Under the pieces are notes generated by a model. The model was not told where the DNA came from, made no database searches, and worked only from the letters and a program-made list of their open reading frames with translations. Positions 54,663 through 64,000 of a DNA stretch of 64,000 nt are shown piece by piece (position 1 is the first letter of the stretch; each line of letters starts with the position of its first letter). The DNA is from an uncultured virus (IMG/VR IMGVR_UViG_3300025030_000083) (Duplodnaviria; Heunggongvirae; Uroviricota; Caudoviricetes), in IMG/VR virus record IMGVR_UViG_3300025030_000083, positions 1 to 64,000 of that record; one strand, given 5' to 3'. A program made the translations under genes and the position numbers.

Positions 54663-56352
54663 ATTTAAGAAAATAAAAAGTCTACGGAAAATTAGTAAAC
54701 CTACTGCTGTATTTGATTTAACTGTAGATAGAAATAGCAATTTCTTTGCATCTTCCCAATTAGTTCATAATTGCAGCTACGCATGCAAATATTGTTTACC
54801 TCCTAAAACCAAAATACAAATGTGGAATGGTATAAAAAAGAATATAGAAAAAATTAAAGAGGGAGATGAGGTTGTTTCTCTAAATACTTATAATAGTTTA
54901 TTGATAGAAGAAAAATCAATCGTTCAAAAAATAATGAGCAGAGCTACCGAAGACTTAATAGTTATCAAAACTAAAAATAATATTCTAAAGTTAACCCCAG
55001 AGCATACAATATTTACTACTAGGGGTTGGATAGAAGCAAATAAATTAAATATGCATGATATGATGATATCCCCATATTATTCTAAATCTAATAGTGTTTC
55101 TAAATGGGAATGGAGTAGAATTGAATCTATATCTAGAGCAAAAACTAGTGGTAAAAAAATAGTCTATAATTTTGAGTGTCAACCTAATAATAATTATTTT
55201 GCAGAGGGAATTCTTGTACATAATTGTTTTGCGGACTCTTTTCGCAGTTCTCTTTATACTTCATTCTTTGATAACCCCAAGGAAATTGGAATACGCCACT
55301 GCCGTCCAGAATACTTTCGAGCAGAGATGGATAAATTAATGCCATATAGGGGAAAGAAAATAGATGGCCCAGAATTAAATAAAGCAATCAGTCTACAAAT
55401 TCCCATCCGTCTAGGAATTCGATTTGAAGATTTTCTTCCTATCGAAGCTCAAAAAGGAATCAGTTTGAATTTTATGCAATATTTATCTGATATTGCATAT
55501 CCCATAATGGTGAACACTAAGTCTGCGTTAATCGGAAGAGAAGATTACGTTAGGGCACTAGCAGATAATAAAGGTGGTGCTGCTGTTCATATGACGGCGA
55601 TATCTTCAGATGGTATTCTAAATAAAAAGTTGGAACCTGGCGCCCCGTCTTTTGAGAAACGCATGCTTGCTGTAAAAGCCCTTACGGATGCAGGGGTTAG
55701 GGTTGTCGCAAGGATCGAGCCATTCATGGTCTTTGTGAACGATGATCCTTATTATGTTCAAAAATGGATACAGGGAGTCAGGGAAGCAGGGATTAAACAT
55801 ATCACTTTTGATACATATAGCTACTCCGCTTCTGCCCCTGGAGTTGAACGCCAAATGGAAATGGAAGGAATAGATTTTCGTAGAATGTTTTTGCTAATGT
55901 CAGATAGTCAGTGGTTGGGTTCTTTGATTTTAGGAGAATTTATGAAAATGATGAAATCCGAGGGATTTTCAACTTCCACCTTCGATTTCGGGAATTCCCC
56001 GATCAATAATGATGAAATCTGCTGCTCCGTATCAGATGTTTACTTACCCCTGGGTGGAGGGTTCTCCTACGGGAACAACATGATTGCTGCTAGGTTTGTT
56101 CGGGATAACGGACCCCACCCAGTAACGTGGGGGAAATATAACGCTTTCGTAGAGGAACGTGGGGGGTGGTTATCAGAAACCTTAATGCAAGAAGTAAAGA
56201 ATTCGTGGAATCTTGGGGGACATCAAGCATATCAGGTGGATTGGGCCCAGGGAATTGAACCTTATGGAAGAGATCGAGAAGGAAATATAGTTTGGAGATA
56301 TATTGAAAGTTCTGACTTCCGCTTAGAAATGTTAGAAAATTTGGTCCGGTGA
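54652..56352 (+). CDS. Split-intein C-half (54652-54771), 7-aa extein, cis mini-intein (54793-55224) and C-extein of radical SAM enzyme 2 (SplB/Rv2578c-like)
   Basis: VFDLTV..NSNFFA..QLVHN|CSYACKY|CLPPKT...LTPEH...NYFAEGILVHN|CFADS. NTKS, KLEPGAPS...R..A+K.L..AG+.V..RIEP. Confidence 0.9.
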   Translation: MQTRFKKIKSLRKISKPTAVFDLTVDRNSNFFASSQLVHNCSYACKYCLPPKTKIQMWNGIKKNIEKIKEGDEVVSLNTYNSLLIEEKSIVQKIMSRATEDLIVIKTKNNILKLTPEHTIFTTRGWIEANKLNMHDMMISPYYSKSNSVSKWEWSRIESISRAKTSGKKIVYNFECQPNNNYFAEGILVHNCFADSFRSSLYTSFFDNPKEIGIRHCRPEYFRAEMDKLMPYRGKKIDGPELNKAISLQIPIRLGIRFEDFLPIEAQKGISLNFMQYLSDIAYPIMVNTKSALIGREDYVRALADNKGGAAVHMTAISSDGILNKKLEPGAPSFEKRMLAVKALTDAGVRVVARIEPFMVFVNDDPYYVQKWIQGVREAGIKHITFDTYSYSASAPGVERQMEMEGIDFRRMFLLMSDSQWLGSLILGEFMKMMKSEGFSTSTFDFGNSPINNDEICCSVSDVYLPLGGGFSYGNNMIAARFVRDNGPHPVTWGKYNAFVEERGGWLSETLMQEVKNSWNLGGHQAYQVDWAQGIEPYGRDREGNIVWRYIESSDFRLEMLENLVR

Positions 56353-56732
56353 AAAATAAAGGATTCTTTTCAAGACACTGGAGCGAATCTGACGAAAGAG
56401 TACTCAAATATTTGGGGGACTTTTTCAAAGATCCTCCGATTAAACCAGATTATAAAGCTGGATACGACGTTACGGTGGGAGATGCAAAGATAGAAATAAA
56501 ATCGTGCCAAGAATGGATACATTCAGAAAGTGTTAAGGGAAAATGGAAGAGAAGAAGAGGGAGATTCCACTTTGATAAGGGAACAGAGGCCGATATGATT
56601 TTATTTGTATTAGTCAAAGAATCGGGGGAGTTGGAATTTGCTATCCGATTTCCAGAACAATATGGAGTACGGAAATTGAAAATACCTATAACGATATTAT
56701 GGAATAAAGTATTTACAGAGGCGAGGATATGA
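56349..56732 (+). CDS. Small PD-(D/E)XK-type nuclease-like protein (paralogue of 3400..3783)
   Basis: GYDVTVGDAKIEIKSCQEW, RRRGRFHF, DMILFVLV. Confidence 0.55.
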   Translation: MKNKGFFSRHWSESDERVLKYLGDFFKDPPIKPDYKAGYDVTVGDAKIEIKSCQEWIHSESVKGKWKRRRGRFHFDKGTEADMILFVLVKESGELEFAIRFPEQYGVRKLKIPITILWNKVFTEARI

Positions 56733-57950
56733 ATTTACGTTGTTTTTGGGGAATTCATAAGCCTGTTGCTACCAATCCTAAAAGGGGGATATTAATAGGG
56801 GGAACCCATTGTAAAAGATGTGGGAGTATTCTAACTAATCCCATAGAATGGCCTAACCCCCTTCCTTCGCAAACTATTCAACCTTTTTGTGAAAACTCTA
56901 AATGCCCTATATGTCATTCTAGCCCTATATATACCTATTTTTGCTTAGGAATACGTTGGGATTTAGAAACAAAATATCCGTATTATATACCAAATGAAAA
57001 TTTAAAATGCCCCTACGGAGAAAAAGGGCATCTCCATCGTAGTTGTTCTTGTAAATATAAGTGGGTGGAAAAAACAGCCATAGATGCCGAATTAACGGAA
57101 GGCGAATAAATGGATTATACAAAAAAATTGATCAAGGCTGCTAAAGATTATTTAAGGGCATCTACTTGCAATTGTAAATATAATGGCGGTTGCCCACAAG
57201 AAGTTTTGCAATCTTTAATAGATGAATATAAACCTCCTCTAATTATTCCTACCAAGAAAAAGAAAGGTTCCAAATGAAACTGAAAATTGTTAGTCCTACA
57301 GGATTGGTCAAAGATGTTAAAGTGGTTAATGCAGAAACCAACGAAATGCTTGATGATGTTAAGGAATTTACCATCCATGCCAAATCCAATATGGGATTAG
57401 TAGAAGTTTCAATTAAATTTTCTCGTTTAGCTTTTGAAGTAACTGCGGAAAAAAAGAAAAGAACAAAGAAACCCAAATATCCTGACTCTACTGCATATTC
57501 TAAAAGTTGTATAGAGGCCAACAAAAAAACAGTTATGGATGGGGAGGGGAGAGTTGATTTAGACTACGTGGAAAATCATGGGGTGAATCCTAATGATCGC
57601 CTCAGTTGGTATATGTGGCGATATTTTATCAAAATATATTCTGAAAATAAATTAACTAAAATAAAAGTTCCAGATATTGTAGATTTCATTAGAAGAGAAT
57701 TTGGGCCAGATCAATCAGCAATTGAATTTAAGTTTGACAGGACGACTGCAAATCATTGCATAAATAAATTTTGTTTCATTGGACTATTAAATAAACATAA
57801 AAAATCAGATGAATGCTTTTATACTTTCTCCAACTCCGTAAAAAGAAGGGGGTTAGAGTGGTTTTTACAAGGGAATAAATATATGAAAGGCCATTTTCAA
57901 TCGGGAGCAGAGGGGTTTTTTAATCTATTGGAAATAAAGGAATAAAAATA

Positions 57951-58154
57951 ATGGCTTCTGGGATATATGTAATAGTTAATAAAATAAATAGAATGATGCA
58001 CGAACCTTGGAGCAAAGAAAGAAAGACCAAATTATCGGAATTCAAAATAAAATATTATCAAGAACATCCTATGAGCAAAGAAACTAGACAAAAAATGTCA
58101 GAAGCTAAAATAGAATATCATAGAAAAATGAGGGAGAAAAAAATTGAAAAATGA
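57951..58154 (+). pseudogene. Internally deleted GIY-YIG/NUMOD3 remnant
   Basis: MASGIYVIVNKIN joined directly to SKETRQKMSEAK repeats. The YIG motif and catalytic core are missing. Confidence 0.6.
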
Positions 58155-58452
58155 ACTAAAAATAGAGAGGTCATTTCCAATCGGACACACAAGGATTATT
58201 CAATCTACAGGATGTTACAAATGAATCTTAAAAAAGAAGGAAAAGATTTAGTCCAACGGGGGGTTAAATTGGGGAAATCTTTTGTATTAACAATTATATT
58301 ATTATTGCAATTGGCCATTCAAGTTTGTATACTATTCTTTACTGTATGGATAACCGTATTTACCAAGGGGAAGGAAATTGCAGATAGAAAAACATTTGAG
58401 ATATCCAAGGGATCTACAGTTCCTATGACTCTATTTCCAAGGGGGAATTGAA

Positions 58453-59283
58453 TTGGGACTTCGAAATGAATTAGAGGTTGAAAGGGTATTCACTTACGGA
58501 GTTGCTTTGGAACAGGGGGGTACTCAAAAAAACGCTGTATTCTGTTGGGAAAATATCATTTATATTATGAACTCCGATAAGACTATACTACTTCGGTTTG
58601 AAACATCGGTTAATGAATTCAAAGACCCCATTAGATTTTTCTTGAGCGATTATGATTCCCCAAATTTTACTGCGGACGGAAGTAATATAACTTTCCTTCA
58701 AAAAGGGGAGGAATTCATACGTAGCAAGAGATGCCGAATCCCCAATCAAACTTTTCAAGAAGTTGAAGAATTGTTTTATAAATTTTATAGTCCTGATAAA
58801 ATGAAATGGAAAATTTCCTTTAGCAAATCTTCGTTGGATCTCTTGGACGAGAATTTATCGCATATTGAATTTGTAACTAAAGGGGGGGAACTAAAAATAC
58901 TCCAACGAGATATCTATGTCGGATCTCTAATCCAACTCGAAAGAAAAATGGAAATGGAGGGCCTCGGCCTAACAGAACCAGAAGATGTTCTTCCAGATTC
59001 TCTTTCCCCCATGGGAATGAGGACTGGTGATTTCTTGGCACTATTTAATTTCAATGAGAAGGTAGACATTTATTTTCCAGAAGAACTGCAATACTTTATA
59101 ATTGAGGGATTGCATAATAATATATCAGGGGTTATTGCGGGGTGCATTTATGACGACTGCGGGACAATAGCTGATTTAGGGGAGGTTATGCATGGGCGGA
59201 AAAAGTCGGAAAACGGGGAGTATATCCAAAAAGTTAGTCGAACGGTTGCTGAGCCAATCCTCAAAAGGAGGAAAATCATCTAA
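58453..59283 (+). CDS. Hypothetical protein
   Basis: 276-aa ORF in the replication block. No family recognised. Confidence 0.6.
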   Translation: MGLRNELEVERVFTYGVALEQGGTQKNAVFCWENIIYIMNSDKTILLRFETSVNEFKDPIRFFLSDYDSPNFTADGSNITFLQKGEEFIRSKRCRIPNQTFQEVEELFYKFYSPDKMKWKISFSKSSLDLLDENLSHIEFVTKGGELKILQRDIYVGSLIQLERKMEMEGLGLTEPEDVLPDSLSPMGMRTGDFLALFNFNEKVDIYFPEELQYFIIEGLHNNISGVIAGCIYDDCGTIADLGEVMHGRKKSENGEYIQKVSRTVAEPILKRRKII

Positions 59284-59394
59284 GTCGGGGGTTTCTCCAA
59301 AGGGATTATTGGATAAGGGGGGACTTGATTGGACGAAGGATTTTCCTGGGGATGAGGAAAGAAAGAAACGCGAAGCCGAGGGAGGGGGAAATAA

Positions 59395-59838
59395 ATGAAT
59401 CCCGACGATATGCTCACAGGACGCGAGATGGACGCGCTGGTGGCGGAGAAGATCATGGGGTCTGTGCCATGCGACGGATGGAGTCGCTTTCATATAGGCG
59501 AGATGATGAATGACATGAAGTGTGAGCATGAAATGGGCAAGTGTTTCCCAAAGAAAGCTGGGCCTCCGATGTATTCCACCTCCATTTCCGCTGCGTGGCA
59601 GGTCATGGAGCATTTCAGACAAAACCAATGGAAAGTAAGCGTTATTGGTAATGAATGGTATGACGGAGCGTCGTGGATTTGTGTTATGAGAGACGCGATA
59701 GGCGAAGAGAGGGGAACCGGGATCGACAAAAAGTCATGTACTGTCGTTGATGGTAAGCAGGGATGGGATGAACCGTCCGCCCCTCTCGCCATCTGCCGCG
59801 CCGCGCTGAAGACGGTGGGAAAAAATGAGACTTTCTAA
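59395..59838 (+). CDS. Phage ABA-sandwich domain protein
   Basis: RE+DALVAE.+MG, P.YST.I.AAW.V+E, APLAIC.AAL. GC-richer than its flanks. Confidence 0.8.
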   Translation: MNPDDMLTGREMDALVAEKIMGSVPCDGWSRFHIGEMMNDMKCEHEMGKCFPKKAGPPMYSTSISAAWQVMEHFRQNQWKVSVIGNEWYDGASWICVMRDAIGEERGTGIDKKSCTVVDGKQGWDEPSAPLAICRAALKTVGKNETF

Positions 59839-60445
59839 TTGTACCCACGAAGTACCTCCCTTTGCCCTATGTGGGATATGCGAACCAGAGGAATTGAAGT
59901 CAATACTTAAAGAGATAAATCGACTATGGGGAAAGTTAGATGGCCCATGCCCCTATTGCAAAGTAAATGGTCCCTGCAAACATTGGTCTGGATGTGGATG
60001 GTCCGCCTCGTTTAAAACTGTAGAGGAAAAAATATGAACGAAATTGAGTTTGTTAAAAGTGTTCAAACGCTAGAAGTTAGAGAAAACGATCTAATGATTA
60101 TCAAGATTCCTTACAAAATTAAACCAGAAAATTCTGAAAAAATTAGAAAACTAGCAGAAGATAATTTGCCTATAGGAATGAAAGGAAAAGTAAAAATATT
60201 CATCCTTGAAGAAGGGGTTGATATAGGAATTATACGAGCAGAGGAGGATAACCATAAATGTGTCAAGAATGTAGTTGGGAAAATTTCATAGAAGAAATAA
60301 ATGATTATTTATCAGACCCAGATTACGATTGGGCCGAAGAAACGCTGTCGGGGATTGCAAATACTGTAGAAGAAAATAGTCATGTAACGGATAGGCAAAA
60401 AGAAGCGGTGGAGAATATCGTTGAGGCTGTTGAAAGGAAAAGTCG

Positions 60446-61252
60446 GTGAAAAGTAATTACTTAAAATTGCTTGAGAAATATAAAATTACTCCAACTTTTC
60501 CATGCAGTCAAGAATATTTTGAACGATCTGGAATTGAAGAGCAAACTTGTGGAGATTATGTATATTGGAAACAACACGAGTGGTTCATAGGGCCGCCAAT
60601 AAATTCACTAACGGGGGAGTTAGTTAAAAGCCCTCCTTCAGATTGGATTATTCCCATGAACAAAATTTGGGCTTGTTTTCATAATTGGGAAATGTCCTCA
60701 GATTATAAGAAGGAATTTTTATCCTTTGAGTATATCTATGATCCCAAAAACTTTTTGAAAATGGAAGGGGGTCGTTGGTCTATCTTTAGGAAAAATATTC
60801 GCAAATTCCCTGGCCGATATGGGAATGCCCCCCTACGATATATTGAAGCAACCTCTGATCATGAGGAGGATTTGAAAAAGTTATTTCTGGAATGGGTTGG
60901 TACCAAGGGGGAAGATCAAGAAATACATGATGATGAAGTTATGCTAAATTACCTTTTTCATGGTAATAATAGAAAAATTTTGGTAGATAAAAATAATTAT
61001 ATTTTGGGGGTAAATATATGGGATTTGGGGTACTCCCAAATTTATTTCCGGTTCAATTTCTCCCGAAATATCAAATTTTTAAACGAATATTTGAGATATA
61101 TTTTCTATACAGATCCTATCATATTGAACCAAAATAAATTGGTTAATGATGGGGGATCTCTAGATAACAAAAATCTTGAGGCATTTAAGGACAAACTTTG
61201 CCCTTTGGAAAAAAGGGAAATTTTTTCTTATATCAAAATGGAGGAAATATGA
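60446..61252 (+). CDS. DUF2156-like (GNAT-fold, lysyl-PG-synthase C-terminal-like) protein
   Basis: EYIYD....LKMEGGRW..FRKNIRKF, and +NDGG......L..FK.KL.P. Confidence 0.6.
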   Translation: MKSNYLKLLEKYKITPTFPCSQEYFERSGIEEQTCGDYVYWKQHEWFIGPPINSLTGELVKSPPSDWIIPMNKIWACFHNWEMSSDYKKEFLSFEYIYDPKNFLKMEGGRWSIFRKNIRKFPGRYGNAPLRYIEATSDHEEDLKKLFLEWVGTKGEDQEIHDDEVMLNYLFHGNNRKILVDKNNYILGVNIWDLGYSQIYFRFNFSRNIKFLNEYLRYIFYTDPIILNQNKLVNDGGSLDNKNLEAFKDKLCPLEKREIFSYIKMEEI

Positions 61253-61553
61253 AACCTATAGATTTTTCTGAGAAAACAAAAGATTTACAAAAACCAGCAG
61301 AAATGACAGATAAAGAATGTTCCCCACTTCCCATTTGGAATGACGGACAAATTTGTATATCTTGTTGGAAAGCAGATTGGAAAGAAAGATTATCTATTTT
61401 ATTTTTCGGAAAAATTTGGATCCGAGTTTATTCAGGGGTAACTCAACCACCTATATATTTAGAAGGAACAAAAACACCATTTGCTACTCCTATGATATTA
61501 AATGTTAAAAAGTTAAAAGATGCCTGGAATAAAACTTTTATGGGGAGGGAAAA

Positions 61554-62618
61554 ATGAAAAAAGTTGATCTGTTAAATGCTATCAAATCTGTAATGATGGG
61601 GATTGACAAATCCAGTGCCATCGGATCAGATTTTATTCTATTCGATGAAAACTGGGTCCGGTCGTACAAGGAGGATATCAGTTGCTCCTTCCCCCTTGAA
61701 ACGGGAATCAGAACAGCTGTTAGAGCAGAAGAATTGTACAAGGTTTTATCCAAAATGGAAGCCGAAGAAATTGATATCAAGATGAATGACGACGGTAAAT
61801 TTCAAGTTAAGGGGGGGAAGACTACTCTCAAAATGAACCCTCTTCAAAAAGAACAGATTACCAGTTCTCTAGAGAGGGCTTGGGCTGTTCAAACAGATGG
61901 ATTGGAATGGTTCTATCTCCCCAAAGACTTCCAAGTGGGAATGGAACTTTGTTCATTCAGCGCAGGGACGGGGCCAGCTTTGGGACCTTTGGCAGGGGTT
62001 CATTTCTTCGAAAATAAAGCAGTTTCTACAGACAATTACCGGGTGTCCATCTATACCATGTTGGAAGCAGTCACTAGCGCATTTACCCTCCCAACCAAAA
62101 CGGTGGAAGGGCTTATGAAATTAGAAGAGAACTTTGAAATTATTGCTTTATCAAAGGCATGGGCTCATTTCTCTAACGAAAGGGGAGCTATCTATAGTTC
62201 AAGGGTACTAGCAGGGGATTACCCTTCCAAGAAGATTGTGGGACTGTTCGAAGTTATGAAATTTGATATGACTGCTGATCCTCTTGAGTTTCCCAAGGGA
62301 TTGGAGGCTCCGTTGGAAAGGGCTAAAATCCTGGCTGGTGCTAGTGGAGATGGATGGGATGCTTTATCAAAAGTTTCTCTTTCCTATTCCAAGGGAGTTT
62401 TAGAAATTCGGGCGGGGAAAGAAGCAGGGGAAATTGTTGACGGAGTTGATTGGAAAAAAGGTCATTTTGAAGAAGGAATTGAACTTAAAGTACAACCTGA
62501 CTTTTTCAAAAAAATTTTAGGAATCACCCGTCAATTCCGTATGAGCGGAGTTAAGAAATCATTGTTGTTCTCTTCGGAGAAATTTAGTCATATTATGGTT
62601 GCATCAGTAGGAAAATAG
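61554..62618 (+). CDS. DNA sliding clamp, beta (DnaN)-like
   Basis: L.GV.F....AVSTD.YR+, F.+P.K, SSR+L.G.YP, L...LERA. 354 aa. Confidence 0.75.
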   Translation: MKKVDLLNAIKSVMMGIDKSSAIGSDFILFDENWVRSYKEDISCSFPLETGIRTAVRAEELYKVLSKMEAEEIDIKMNDDGKFQVKGGKTTLKMNPLQKEQITSSLERAWAVQTDGLEWFYLPKDFQVGMELCSFSAGTGPALGPLAGVHFFENKAVSTDNYRVSIYTMLEAVTSAFTLPTKTVEGLMKLEENFEIIALSKAWAHFSNERGAIYSSRVLAGDYPSKKIVGLFEVMKFDMTADPLEFPKGLEAPLERAKILAGASGDGWDALSKVSLSYSKGVLEIRAGKEAGEIVDGVDWKKGHFEEGIELKVQPDFFKKILGITRQFRMSGVKKSLLFSSEKFSHIMVASVGK

Positions 62619-63488
62619 GAGATTGTATGAGAAATTATTTTAGTAAATTAGTTGGGGCAATTTTTATAGGAATTATTATTCTTTCTGAAGTTCAATTTTC
62701 TCCTGGAATAATAGTAAAAACAGTGTGTATAGATGGACTTGAATTTGTAGTAGCCTATCCACTTAAATGGTCAATGGGAAATATCTTACCTGCTAAGGCC
62801 CCCACATCGGTGATTCAAGTGTATGATAAGAGTGATTATGCTCATGGTAGTCCTCAACCAAAAAGTTGCAAATAAAAATGAAAAAGAAAGACAAAAAGAT
62901 TAAGACAAGTATTATTCTTACTCCTTCTGATGAGTCAAAATCAGTTTGTCCTCGCTGCAAAAGTTATTATGCGGGTAAAATTCCAGTGTTGGATTTCAAA
63001 GATCCAGAATATTCTGCAGGGAAAAGGGAGAAACCACCTACCATAATGGTAAAATGCCACGGGGCGCACCCCCAAGATCCTTGGGAAGGGAAAGATTAAT
63101 GGATGAAGAGACTGCTAGATTCATATTAAATTTATTTTGGTTGGCTGACGGAGGGGATTGTGCTTTTTGTACTGGGGAAATGACAAGATTCTTTATTGAA
63201 AAGTTTCCTCAATTCGAATGGATAGCTGATGAAATTGCCAAGAAAAAGGGCTTCGATCCTATGTGCTGGAGGGAGCATTAATATGGACATTAATCAAATT
63301 AGGATTGAAAAAAAAAGATGGAAAATAATATGCAAAGAATAATATCACAAATGGTAGGATTATTTATAGACCAAACTGAAGTAAGAGTTGAGAATATAAC
63401 TATAGCCATGATAGATGTGACTAGTCTAGGAGATACCAAACCCCGATTCGTAGTGGGACATGTGGAAGTGGGGTTGGAAAAAATATAA

Positions 63489-64000
63489 ATGCGAGGGTTC
63501 TTTGATATACCAACTCCTGCTAAAGCAGCCCAACCAAAAACCCCCCGAGGGGCCGTAGGTTGTGACGCATGTGGGCTGAAAAATCGTACCCTATCCCCAA
63601 ATATTCCCCCCACTGGTGAAGGAAAACTTAAAACCTTCATATTGGGGGAAGCTAGTGGTGAGCGAGAAGATCAACTGAACAATCAATTTATAGGAGAAAC
63701 TGGCCATTTTCTTAGAAAATGCTTTAGGATTATGGGGTACGATCTAGATAGAGATTTCAGAAAAACTAATGCCGTAGCGTGTTTTGTTTATCATCAAGTT
63801 CCTATATTTACTATAGATGGGTATAAACCTGTATCTAAAGTTAAGGTGGGGGATTTAGTATTAACCCATAAAGGAAGATTTAGAAAGGTAATATCTAGAA
63901 TTCAAGATCTTCCCAAGCACCTTAAAAGAATTACTGAAGAAGTTTACAAAATTAAAGTGGGGAGGATCAATTCTCCTTATAAAAATAGAAGTTTGAAAGA
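63489..64000 (+). CDS. Family-4 uracil-DNA glycosylase domain (possibly the N-terminus of an SPO1-type DNA polymerase) with an intein starting at 63780; truncated by the window edge
   Basis: My translation: CDACGL, ILGEASGERED....F+GETG.FL, TNAVA|CFVYHQVPIFTIDGYKPVSKVKVGDLVLTHKGRFRKV (intein block A). Confidence 0.8.
   Translation, partial: MRGFFDIPTPAKAAQPKTPRGAVGCDACGLKNRTLSPNIPPTGEGKLKTFILGEASGEREDQLNNQFIGETGHFLRKCFRIMGYDLDRDFRKTNAVACFVYHQVPIFTIDGYKPVSKVKVGDLVLTHKGRFRKVISRIQDLPKHLKRITEEVYKIKVGRINSPYKNRSLK

Noticed and set aside
46422..56352. Stop-codon reassignment or assembly error as the cause of the broken genes
   Set aside because: Breaks fall at natural intein split points, with complete endonuclease ORFs between them. 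Other long genes read normally in the standard code.
63299..63640. Minus-strand 113-aa ORF and the other short minus-strand ORFs in the track
   Set aside because: They overlap better-supported + strand genes and lack motifs.

Overview
A 64-kb segment of a large AT-rich bacteriophage genome. Almost all genes are on the + strand, densely packed, with AGGAG-type ribosome-binding sites and no virion genes. About 1-16.9 kb looks like an early/leading region: short repeats, many tiny ORFs, ArdC, a SLOG-family protein, DUF2958 and a minus-strand TnpB. About 17-64 kb carries replication, repair and RNA genes: a Hel308/Ski2-like helicase, a tRNA(CAU), a sigma-like factor, RtcB, a UvsW-like helicase, primase, a DnaB-like helicase, HTH replication proteins, a beta-clamp and a family-4 UDG domain. 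Interleaved with these is an enzyme set of PAPS-reductase-like protein, DUF362, two SplB-like radical SAM paralogues, UDP-glucuronate decarboxylase and DUF2156. The most striking feature is three fractured genes, each cut in two by a free-standing Vsr/DUF559-like endonuclease ORF. The two radical SAM genes are rejoined by split inteins placed at their Fe-S cysteines; one needs a trans- and a cis-splicing event around a 7-residue extein to build CxxxCxxC. The helicase is split between motifs I and Ia with no intein or intron visible. Also seen: a repeated phage promoter motif, an orphan TnpB right-end/omega-RNA remnant, candidate structured RNAs and a CAG-depleted left end. All family calls are by-eye motif recognition; no searches were run.
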